DNA of 48,443 bases, from contig NW_021834411.1 of assembly GCF_006345805.1 (NCBI RefSeq), positions 1-48,443 on the forward strand, read 5' to 3'. Below are positions 13,275-24,562 of this stretch, in pieces (position 1 is the stretch's first letter; each line of letters opens with the position of its first letter). Position numbers and translations under genes: made by a program. Under the pieces are notes generated by a model. It had not been told where the DNA came from. It was given only the letters and a program-made list of their open reading frames with translations, and ran no database searches. The DNA is from Octopus sinensis. Taxonomy: Eukaryota.

Positions 13275-14835
13275 TTCTTTTTATTGTCCACAAGGGCGAA
13301 GGATGAGGGGAAAATACAAAGACAGACATAAAGTGTGGGGATTTTACATATAATGGAATGATAAAATGAAAAGTATACACGGTATACATTAGAGGGAAGT
13401 ATACAGAGTATATGACTCTAGAAAAAAGAGGGGGAAAAGGGATAATGATGGTGTCTCCCTGATATAGGAGGACCTCTAGTGATAATCAAGGAGCCCCACC
13501 ATCAAAGTTCACCCTGGATACCAAGGACGAGAGCCCTTTCCAACTTCTTTCTTCCGACTCACAAGGCCTACATTTTTGCAACTTTCACCCACCTTTCATA
13601 AATTCACTCAAGGACAGTACCTCCCTCTCTACCCTCACTTTCCTTTTCAAGTGAAACTGGAAAAAGTCGATGGGGGCTTTACCAAAGAGGAATGTTTCTG
13701 TCCTCATTCTTTTCAGCCTCGCCCAGCAGATAACCTCTTTCGCTACAGCCACCAGACAAAGGAAAACTGCCTTGCCAGCCCAATTAAAGGAGGGCGACAA
13801 GGCAATCATCATTATGGACTCGGTTGACAGACGGATTTGTCCTACACGCGACAGTAGCTGTTCGACATAATTCCACAAGTCAGCAATGCCCGGAAACGGA
13901 ACGAGTGCATGCAGAACGGTTTCGTCGCTCTGTGAGCACCTCGGACAAGCCCGTCTGACAGCACGTCCGAACCTGTAGAGTTTATCTCGAAACGGTAGCG
14001 CCCTCCAGTAGCACTGCCAGGCCAAAGACATCTGAAAATTATCCATAACAGTCCCCGACGGAAAGTCCTCCAGAAAAGACTTGCCAATTCGTCTTTGTCG
14101 ACGCCCAGAGTCTCCCCGAGGACACCATCGAACTTCCCCGCTACTAATCCTCAGTAAATATTTAAAGAGAGATGACAGCGGTGGTAGGATGTGTTGATGG
14201 AGCGCCTGACGACATTCTAAGTGCCAGGCACCTAATATCGGCCTATTCTTTACCCAGGACTGCAGCTCCGTCACGGAGACGAGCTGCAGAAAGGCGTGTC
14301 TCACAAACGGAACCCGTATTGTTCATCTTCTAGAAATCGCAGCCTGAGTGCGTGTCTGCGCATTAAAAGCCATGGCATGCCTAAGCCGCCACGCAAAGGA
14401 CGTTGGCAGCAAACCTTCCGCCTGACCATTGGAACGCCTCCCATTCACAAGAAAATAAAACAGGAAACGTTCCAATCTAATCAAGCAGTAACTGGGGCAA
14501 GGCACAACGGTCAGGTGATAAATAATGAGAGAGGTGATGTAGGCATTCGCCACATCAGTCCGACCTTTCAGGGACAACTTTCTCTCTGCCCATTTCTGAG
14601 TAAGAGAGGTCATCCTGTTCGTCACCTCTTCCTAATTGATATCCACCTAGAGGTCGGGACCAAACCAGATCCCGAGCAGTTTAACCATCAGCTGGGCCCC
14701 ACATATGTGCTACTACTTCGAATCAGAGTAAACCTAAGACCTAAGTGGCTGAGGAGGAGTTCTACATTCCTAAAAACACCGGGACTTCTCCTGCAGGGTC
14801 CCACTGCCGACTGTAATTTGAAGTCCTACTCAGGA
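13275..14835 (-). pseudogene. 5'-truncated Tx1/L1-clade LINE (RT C-terminus, zinc-binding region, 3' UTR)
   Basis: KLLGIWFGPDL...KWAERKLSLKGR; ALPFRDKL...CPRCSQSDETVLHAL; stops and frameshifts; ends AATAAAAAGAATAAA next to the (AAT)n array. Confidence 0.85.
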
Positions 14836-15004
14836 CGCACACGCATGCGCGCACGCACGCACACACACATTCATTGCTTGCTTTTATGTCGCGTTATATA
14901 TACTCTCTCTCTCTCTTTTATATATAAAAGCAACACAACTAAATTGAAGGATTACACAATAATTTTTTGTGAAGTTCATATTAACTTTCAGAAAGAAATA
15001 CTTG

Positions 15005-15090
15005 ACATTGACTTCGAAGTTACAACTTGCTCGGCTTCATCAAGCAGTCTGATAAAGGAGAGCAGGCCGAAACTTCAAAGTCACTGTCAA
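15005..15090. ncRNA. Imperfect palindrome of two divergent hammerhead relics (unit A)
   Basis: Plus: CAGT-CTGATAA-A-GG(AGAGCAGG)CC-GAA-ACTTCAAAGT-C-ACTG (15045-15086, G8A lesion); degenerate mirror on minus keeps the palindrome ACTTCGAAGT at 15011-15020. Confidence 0.7.
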
Positions 15091-15140
15091 TGTTTTTTCC
15101 CTTCAAAACGTGTATGTATGTATGTATATACACATACGCA

Positions 15141-15201
<61 letters not shown>

Positions 15202-15397
15202 GCACACGCACACATATATACAGGAATATATATGCGTGTGTATGTTCATAAGTTCTTCGCATTTTGGTATTTACTATATATATATATAGGATATATATGT
15301 ATATACACACACACGCATATAGACATACATACATACAGACACACACACACACGCATGTGTGTGTGTCTACATACATATACTTTTACAAGGACAAGAC

Positions 15398-15486
15398 TGA
15401 TAGTGACTTTGAAGTTTCGGCCTGCTCACCTACATCAGGCTGTCTGATGAAGGTGCGCGATTTGAATCCTTGAAGTCACTATCAAG
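15398..15486. ncRNA. Imperfect palindrome of two divergent hammerhead relics (unit B, inverted relative to A)
   Basis: Minus: CTGATGT-A-GG(TGAGCAGG)CC-GAAACTTCAAAGTC-ACTA; plus: CTGATGA-A-GG...TT-GAATCCTTGAAGTC-ACTA. Confidence 0.65.
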
Positions 15487-15493
15487 TATCATC

Positions 15494-15546
<53 letters not shown>

Positions 15547-15619
15547 TGTCATCATCAGCATTATCATCATTTAACATCTGTTTTTCATGCTGGCATGGGT
15601 TGGCCAGTATTTGTATACC

Positions 15620-15845
15620 AGGCGGCGAGCTGGTAGAAACGTTAGCACGCCGGGCGAAATTCGTAGCCGTATTTCGTCTGTCGTTACGTTCCGAGTTCAA
15701 ACGCCGCCGAGGTCGACTTTGCCTTTCATCCTTTCGGGGGTCGATAAATTAAGTACCAGTTACGCACTGGGGTCGATGTAGTCGACTTAATCCTTTGTCT
15801 GTCCTTGTTTGTCCCCTCTGTTTAGCCCCTCTGGGTAGTAAGAAA
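15620..15845 (+). mobile_element. tRNA-derived SINE, family B
   Basis: GGCGGCGAGCTGGTAGAAACGTTAGC...GAGTTCAAACGCCGCCGAGGTCGACTTTGCCTTTCATCC. Confidence 0.85.
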
Positions 15846-15858
15846 TAATATATATTAC

Positions 15859-15890
<32 letters not shown>

Positions 15891-16124
15891 TATATATAAT
15901 ATATAATATCTATATATATATATATATACATACATACATACATACATACATGCATATACATATACATATATAACATACATACATACATGCATATACATAT
16001 ACAATATATATATATATATATTTACACACACACACATATATATACATACATACATATATACATATATATATTCATATTATATATTCATATACATATATAC
16101 ACATATTTATATATACATACATAG

Positions 16125-16162
<38 letters not shown>

Positions 16163-16568
16163 CACACACACACACACACACACATCCTTCAAAGCACAAA
16201 GAAAGCGAATAACAAATACAAACAAAATTAATCCAATCATTGATAATTCTAGTAAAGATCAAAGGACGCGAGATTTACAATAGACGTTCAGTCGGAACAC
16301 TCATAACTTGTGTATTAAAGAAGTTAGACTTATTAGACGTTTAATGACCACAAATTAGCAATCGACTGGAGCTTGTTGATAAGTCACAAGTTTTTCACTT
16401 CTCTCGACTACATATGGGAGATCTTACCCTATTTTATGTTTAGTATTTGGAGTACTCTACTCAAGTAGTTTTTCCGTCGGCCGTATGGCTGAAATTCATC
16501 AGCATCATTACATTCCATATGTGTGTGCGCACGCGCGTGTGTATAAATACATATATGCAGACATACAG

Positions 16569-16599
<31 letters not shown>

Positions 16600-16659
16600 C
16601 ATACAAATACATACACACAAGACACAACAAACATATATATATGTATATATGTATGTATA

Positions 16660-16708
<49 letters not shown>

Positions 16709-16709
<1 letters not shown>

Positions 16710-17125
16710 CGTAGGAGTGGCTGTGTGGTAAGTAGCTTGGTTCCGGGTTCAGTCCCACTGCGGGCACCTTGGGGCAAGTGTCTTCTAATATAGCCTCGGG
16801 TCAACCAAAGCTTGTGAGTGGATTTGGTAGACGGAAACTGAAAAGAAGCCCGTCGTCGTATATATGTATATATATATATATATGTGTGTGTGCGTGTGTG
16901 TGTGTGCGTGTGTATGTTTGTTGTCTGTGTTTGTCCCCCCAACATGGCTTGGACAACCGATGCTGGTGTGTTTACGTCTCCGTAACTTAGGCGTCGGCAA
17001 AAGAGACCGATAGAATAAGTACTAGGCTTACAAAGAATAAGTCCTGGGCGTCGATTTGCTCGACTAAAGGCGGTGCTCCAGCATGGCCACAGTCAAATGA
17101 CTGAAACAAGTAAAAGAGTAAGAAA
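16709..17125 (+). mobile_element. tRNA-derived SINE, family A
   Basis: GGAGTGGCTGTGTGGTAAGTAGCTTGGTTCCGGGTTCAGTCCC head; same body as the 9576 copy. Confidence 0.85.
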
Positions 17126-17132
17126 GTAAAGA

Positions 17133-17200
<68 letters not shown>

Positions 17201-17208
17201 TATATATA

Positions 17209-17249
<41 letters not shown>

Positions 17250-17252
17250 TAA

Positions 17253-17292
<40 letters not shown>

Positions 17293-17325
17293 CAATAAAG
17301 ATGTAATGATAAATAATATTATATT

Positions 17326-17942
17326 AAATACGTTATAATATAGATGGCTAAATCAATTAAAGACCAAAAAGGTAGAATACATAATTAAGGGTGGAAAATA
17401 GCACCTACAATTGCCGGAAATAAGAGCTAAAAAATATAACTTTAATGGCCATACGAAATCACCAACCTCATGAGATGTTCAAAGGAACTGGGAACGACAA
17501 GCTACATCTTTCTCCACGAGATAAAAACTGAATGAAGTAATTTGATAAGACCCTATCATATGATTTCGAAATTAAACCAGTATGGTTTCGTTTCTCCTCA
17601 GGGGAATCCACAAATTACTCCGGGTTAAAGAGATGGCTTGCTTGCTTCCCATTAGCTCATGAGGGAAAATAACCGTTGAACAGCGAGCGTCAAAATCCAA
17701 AACGGTTTGAGCGTATATAAACATACAATAAAATATTATAACAGTAAATCAATATTATGATATATCAAATACGTCATAATATAGGTGGTTAAAGCAATTA
17801 AAAACCAAAAAGGTAGATCATATAATTAAGGGTGCAAAGTAGCACCTACAATTGCTAGAAATAAGAGCTAAAAATTATAACTCGAATAGCCACACAAAAT
17901 CACCAACCTCATGAAATGTTCAAAGGGACTGCGAGCGGCAAA
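17326..17942 (-). mobile_element. Partial tandem (period 441 bp, ~1.4 copies) carrying a hammerhead; PLE pseudo-LTR/retrozyme-like
   Basis: 17326-17501 repeats at 17767-17942 at roughly 85% identity by eye; HHR lies in the unique middle. Confidence 0.7.
17549..17608 (-). ncRNA. Type I hammerhead ribozyme, intact core, AUA site
   Basis: Minus: CCC-CTGAGGA-GAAA(CG)AAACCA(TAC)TGGTTT(AA)TTTC-GAA-ATCATATGAT-A-GGG; perfect 10-nt palindromic stem III; short stem I. Confidence 0.78.
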
Positions 17943-19714
17943 GGACGCATAAAACCACACACAGACACCACAGACTCAGACACACACACACACACACATA
18001 CACACACACGGTGCTGTTTAGTTAATAAGCTAGTTTTGCAACCATGGGTTCAGTCTCACTGCGTGATAGCAAAGGCAAATGTCTTATTTTAACCCTGGGC
18101 CGACCAATGCGCTTTGTGAGTGAATTTAATAGATACATTTCCTTAACGTATATTCCATGCTTGTCCCACCGCCGTTGACAACTGACTTTGGTTTGTTTCG
18201 GTCTCCATGAAATAGCGGTTCAGCAAAAGAGACCCATAAAATAAGTACCTGACTTGAAAACAATGGCCACTGGGTTCGATTCGTTCGATCATTACCGCGC
18301 CGGACAAAATGCTTAGCTGCATTTCATCTGTCTTCATGTTCTGAGTTCAAATTCCGTCGATGTCGACTTTCATCCTTTCGTGGTCAATAAATTAAGTACC
18401 AGTTGAATACCAGGGTCGATATATTCGACTTGTTCTCCTCCCCAACAAAATTTCAGGCCTTGTGTTTTTATAGTAGAATGGATTATTAATTTTACAAACT
18501 CTCTTTGAGAGTATATGTATGTTATGACTAATGAATTAATAGATTGATGAAGCAATATTCTCAGATATAAAGAGACAAAAAGAACGCATAAAACCACGAG
18601 CGAATATGAAGTGATAAGAGGCACCATGGTTTCACTAATTGTTTTATGTGTCAAAGTAGTTGCGAGCGGACACAGGCACCATCTATCCTTGACTCAGTGG
18701 AATATCAAGGATGAGGCTGCTGGAGGAAGAGAACGGGATAGCGAGAGAGGTAGAGAGAGAAGGAAAGAAAGAGAAAGATAGTGATAAAGAGGACTGCTTT
18801 ATGTCTTAGCTCATTTTCAGCTGAGTAGACTGGAGCAATATAAAATGTAATGTCCAGCTCAAGGACACAAGACGTGAGTCCTAACCCAGGAATCGAACTC
18901 ATGAGCTTTATGAATCGAACTCATGAGCTTTATGCCTTCACAGTGTATAAAGTAAGTACTTTCTCAAATCCTATGATTCACAGACCCAGTTACCGGGTGT
19001 CCATGATGTACGTGTGACCCCTTGAACAGCTTCCCTGTTTACATATAGAGTCAACTGGAGCAACGTGAATTGAAGTGTTTAGCTCAAAACCGCAACGCAC
19101 AATTCAGTCCAGGAATGGAAGTCATGATCTTGCGATCGTGAGTGCAGCATCTTAGCGACTAGATCAGTGTTAATAATGAAAGTAAATCCTGACTCAGCAA
19201 AAGAATATAAAAAGCAGAGTGACTTAAAATGCCGAGTCTAACGAAAAGAAACATTGAGCAGAATCCGGAAAATTAGTAAGCGAGTGATAATGTCTGTGTT
19301 GTTTTAATTTTTTATTCAGGAGGAAGGGCAGAACCCATCACCCTTTTAGAGCCTCCAAGATTGGAGGGCGGTTAGAAGGAGGTTGTCCTTAAACCGGAAA
19401 CTTAGGCTTAATACTTGGAAAATAATTGATTTCGTTAGAGGCATCCAAGGTTCCAGGTTGTGATGTGAAACCAGGACGACGGATTAAGTCAGCCTTGTCT
19501 ACTCACCCCAAGTAGGTCAAAGTGGGATTTGAAATAAGAACGGAGAGGACTGGAAAAAAAACCGCAAAGGAATCTGATCCGACGTTCTTATATTTCCGCA
19601 AATCCACCATTCTGAGGTTAGTACTTTTGTTTTACCGACCTTCAAATTTCTGGCCCTGTGTTTTTCGTAAGAAACATTATCATTATGAGAAAATAATAAA
19701 AGCAAGTAGCTGCT

Positions 19715-20230
19715 TGCCTTTTACGTTCTGAGTTCAAATCCCGCACAGATCAGCTTTGTCTTTCATCCTTTCGGAGCCGATAAAATAAAGTACCAGTCAA
19801 TTACTGGTGTCAATGGCATTAATTAATCCATCCTCCATATTTCTAGCTCACAGAATCTTTAGTACGTTGGACAAATTCGTTAGCTGCATTTCTTCTGGCT
19901 TTTTACGTGCAAGCTCATATTCTGCCGAAGTTGATTTGGCCTTTCACCCTCTTAGGGTCGATAAAATAAGTACCAGTTGAACACTGGGTTCGATGAAATT
20001 GACTAACCGACTCCAAGCAAAATTTCAGGCCCTGAAATAATTCAGGAATTATCGTTAGCACGCTTAACGGTATTTTGACCTCTTTTACGTTCTTAGTTCA
20101 AATTCCGCCGAGGTCGACATTGCTTTTCATCCTTTCAGAGTCGATAAAATAAGTACCAGTTGATCACTGGAGTCGATGTAATTGACTTACCCCCTCTCTC
20201 GCAATTACTGGCCTTGTGCCAAAATTTGAA
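19715..20230 (+). mobile_element. Three adjacent degenerate family-B SINE copies
   Basis: Repeated TTTTACGT..GAGTTCAAAT...CTTTCATCC...GATAAAATAAGTACCAGT motifs. Confidence 0.75.
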
Positions 20231-20233
20231 ACC

Positions 20234-20264
<31 letters not shown>

Positions 20265-20674
20265 GATAATGCCCATAAACACAAGTGGATGCCGTCTGTT
20301 GTTGTCTATATAAGCGAAGATAAAGATAAAAAGATTAAAAAATTGTGTTAGAAAAATATCATAGAGAGGACGGTCATGCTAGCCGCCGTATTGATGTTGG
20401 TAGTGAAGATGTGTTGATAGGATTGGAAGAGGAAGAGTATGCTGATGATGACGACGACGACGACAACGTCGACGTGATGATGGCGATGATGATGATGCTG
20501 ATGAGGTGGTAGTGGTGGGTGGGTAGGTGGTAGTGTTAGCGGTCTGACTTAGGAGATAACGATCTTGTGATGGTTACGATTAAAGAATCAAATAGCAGAC
20601 GATACGTCATTGTCGTCTGAAAGTAAATGGAGCGCTACGTTTCTTTATATGTATAATATATATGTATGTATGTG

Positions 20675-20753
<79 letters not shown>

Positions 20754-20756
20754 ATC

Positions 20757-20792
<36 letters not shown>

Positions 20793-21372
20793 CTATATAT
20801 ATAATATATATATATATAATAGATAGATAGATATACATACACACATATATATACATATATAATATGTATGTATATGTATATGCATATATATATATATATA
20901 CACATATATCTCTCTATATATGTTTGTATGTATATGTATCTATGTAAATGTATATGCATATGAATATAGATTTACATGTGTGTGTGTGTGCGTGCGAATG
21001 TATGTGTATGTATATATTTATACATTATATGTGTGTGTATCTATGTATATGTATATACGTGTGTGATTGTATATTTGTATCATAAACACACACACACATA
21101 CTGACACTCACATATATTTATGCATGTGTGTGTGTGTGTGTGTATGTGTAGCTATGTACATGTATATATGCGTGTGTATGTAGATTTGTATCACACATAT
21201 ATATATATATACATTATATTTATGTATATGTGTATGTATGTGTATATACATACATGTATATATGTGTATCTAAGTATTTATATGCCTGTATGTGCGCGCG
21301 CGTATTCTTATAGTGATGGTGGTAGTAGTAGTAGTAGTAGATATTGTTTTTATCTTGGAACCGTCAGCTCTC

Positions 21373-21415
<43 letters not shown>

Positions 21416-22224
21416 TCAACGTTACTTAATGTCTTTCTGTCTTTTTCTCTCTCTTAAGCATTTCTCTTCCTTTCACGCTTCTGTTATTCATTCATTCAAT
21501 TTCCTTCTTCCAAAATTTCCATCCATTTTAAGGGTTAGAATCCATCTTTTTTAATCTTTCGCATTATCTGCCTTGTTATTCTTTCTTTCTCCTTTAATTT
21601 CCATCTAATTCGTACCTCCTTCACTTCCAAAAGGTCTATCGTTCCAACTCTTTCACGCTCATTCCAATATCCCATTTCCAATATCTCAATTCCCGCTCCA
21701 GTCTTTCCTTCCATATTTCCTTCTAAATTCTTCCCTTCCTTCCCCTGACCACCCCTCATTTCCTTACTCATATTTTTTCGAATTCCTCTTCCTCTTCCTC
21801 TTTATTTCCTTATTAAATAGCCTTTGATCTCTCATTCCCTCCCTCTTCCTTACTCCTACTCTCTTTTTCTTCGCCATTCTTTTTCTTTCTTTTTTTTCTC
21901 CTTTGCTTTTTTTTAATTCTGTGACCGATTTTTCTCTTCTTTACTCATTGCCCATCTTTCTCCAACTCTCCCCCTCTTTCCCCACCTCTTTCTCCCACTC
22001 GTCTTTTTCTATAGCATTGGATTAACCAACGCCTTGTGATTAGAAATTGGTAGAGATAGTGTGCAAAAACCTATCACACACGCGCGCACGTACGCACGCA
22101 ACGCATGCACGGACGCATCACGCACTGAGGTACACACACGCACGCACGCACGGACGCATCGTGCGTGCACGCAGCCCCCCCCCCCCCCACACACACACAC
22201 ACGCACACAGTTGTAAGCTAGTAG

Positions 22225-22540
22225 AAGGCGCGTGGATAAGTGGCTTGGGTATACATCTTTCAATCGTAAGGTCGTGAGTTCGATTCCCGACTGCGCATTG
22301 TGTCCATGAGCAAGATGCTTTATTTCTCGTTGCGCCACTCCACTCAGCTGACAAAAAAGATGAGATGTACCCGTAATTCAAAGGGCTGGTCTTGTCACGC
22401 TCTGTGTCACACTGAATCTCCCTGAGACTCGTTAAGGGTACGCGTGTTTATGGAGTGCACGTTAATTTCACGAGCAGGCCATTCGATTGATCAGATCAAC
22501 TTTAGCCCTCGTCGTCATAAGCGGCGGAATGTCAGTTTAA
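22225..22540 (+). mobile_element. Degenerate tRNA-derived SINE, family C-like
   Basis: GAAGGCGCGTGG..AGTGG..GAGTTCGATTCC head; 3' body matches 37340-37500. Confidence 0.7.
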
Positions 22541-23401
22541 GCTTGTAGAATCGTTAGACTGCCGAAAAAATTACTTTGTGGTATTTCTTTCGGTTTTTAA
22601 CGTCCCGGATTCAAATATGCCTTTGATCCTTCCGGGATTAATAAACTAAAATACCAACCAGTTTAGTGACGGGGTCGATGGCATCGATTAACTCCCTTCC
22701 TTTCAAAATTGCAGGCCTTGTCTCTAAACCAGAAACCAATGTTGTTGTAACGATTGTTGCCTTGCCAACTGTTTTTTCTTTTTCTTTTTACAATATTACT
22801 ATGACAACTTGTGATGTTTGAGATAATTAAGAACACAGCAGTAAATTAAAATATTCTGATATCTTTTATAACTGAGTATCATAATTCACCAACTTTATTC
22901 AGGAGGTACATAGACGCGCTTGCGCGCGCACACACACACTCTGCTTCAAGATGGAAAGGACACGTTTTATTTACACCCTTTCGATTATTGAGCATGCGTA
23001 TATATTTATAATGGATAAGCTATTGTTTTGTCACACTTACGCATTCCTGATATGCATGTTGATTTGAAAGAATATAACGACGGTTCGCCGTTCGTGCTCG
23101 TGTTGATTTTTCTAAATACCTTTCTTTCGAAAATTAATATTCATTTCATTATTTTGTATAAGCACCAAGAAATTTAATAAAAAGTTAATTTATTTTTATT
23201 GAATGTCTGCCATATTTACTGCTATTACCCATGGTGGCAAAAGTACACTGTCAACATTGTGGATAACATTGTAGTTAATAGTATAATTCTCTATCAGCAT
23301 GTTATGCTCATCTTTGAAATAATCCAGAACAAAATAAATTAGCGAGAGAACACAGTTATTGGTAGACTGAAAAGTGTTAATGTATCTATTCTTCAAAATG
23401 T

Positions 23402-23545
23402 TTGATGAAGGAAACGGAAGATGGATTTAGTACGAATCTTTATTCAGCATGACAATCGCTTCGACCCATCCTGCAGCTCCCTTACACCTAAGGGACAGCT
23501 GCAGGATGGGTGGAAACGAAATCCATTTTCCGTTTCCTTCATCAA
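23402..23545. repeat. Nested GC-rich foldback
   Basis: Outer arms 27 bp with one G-U position (23402-23428 / 23519-23545); inner perfect 15-bp arms (23464-23478 / 23497-23511) plus CCCTTA/TAAGGG. Confidence 0.85.
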
Positions 23546-23786
23546 TTATAAACTCAACAGACACTGCGGATTCCCTGACGTAGATCCAGAGAAAACAATA
23601 TAACTGTGGATGACATCAAGTAACCCAACCGGTGAATGTACTTTAATCGATATACTAATTTATATATACCCAAAGTCCAAATAGTTACACATTCTCCAAA
23701 ATATATGCAGCAGACATGCATCTTCTGTTTGACTAATGCAGACAATGTTGTTACAGTGGCGTACACACATCTTGCCTTATATATAT

Positions 23787-23888
<102 letters not shown>

Positions 23889-23919
23889 AGAATGGAGTCG
23901 AACGAAGATTTTAACAAAA

Positions 23920-24018
23920 TTCCTTTACTCTCAACACATGTTTCGAAGACTGCATACTCTTAATTCCGAAGGAATAAAGGGTGCATTATGCCGTCTTCTC
24001 ATCAGGAAAGACAAGGAA
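23920..24018 (-). ncRNA. Type I hammerhead ribozyme, intact core, GUU site
   Basis: Minus: TTCCTTGTCTTTC-CTGATGA-GAAGAC(42 nt)GTCTTC-GAA-ACATGTGT-T-GAGAGTAAAGGAA; stem I 11 of 13 bp, stem II 6 bp plus extension. Confidence 0.85.
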
Positions 24019-24562
24019 CCTCTATCAGCCTCAAGACGAATAAAAACTTTTTGATGACTGCCTACATGGTGTCCACAGTGATAATGAGTGTTTTTTTAAA
24101 AATAATCCGTTATAAGCAATGACGTCAAAATTGGTTGGAAGGAGGAAGTTCTAAGAATAGGAAGGGGACAGTATGTATGCTGTATGTATGGGGATGCGCA
24201 GGTGTTTGCTTTCGTTAATGAGTTTGAGTGTTTATGTGTGTGTATGAGTGTGTGTATATAACTGCATTTGTATCTCTGTGTGTGTGTGTGTGTAATTGTG
24301 TGTGTGTGTGGGGGGGACAATTGTCAAATATATTTAGTAGTGAGGTGACAATTTTGTGTCTGTGTGTTTGATTGTGCGTATGATAGAGAGAGAGAGAGAG
24401 AGAGAGAGAGGGGGAAGAGGTAGAGAGAAAGAGATAAACATACGCCAACGATATTTAGTAGTAATGTTTCATGCAACGGAGTCGGCAGAAAGAATTTGTC
24501 TATGGCAGTGGTGTAGACGTGAAACTTATTATTAAAACCAAAGAGGTTATCTATATTATTTA

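Noticed and set aside
14296-15447. 383-aa plus-strand ORF, the longest in the track
   Set aside because: Antisense to the Tx1 fragment, then runs through microsatellites; no domain
16455-16510. Minus-strand CTGATGA...GGAAA hammerhead
   Set aside because: Core and GAAA are present but stems I and III do not pair convincingly; at most a relic
23196-23603. ORFs 23196-23396 and 23421-23603 as exons
   Set aside because: Short, no homology recognised; the second merely spans the foldback
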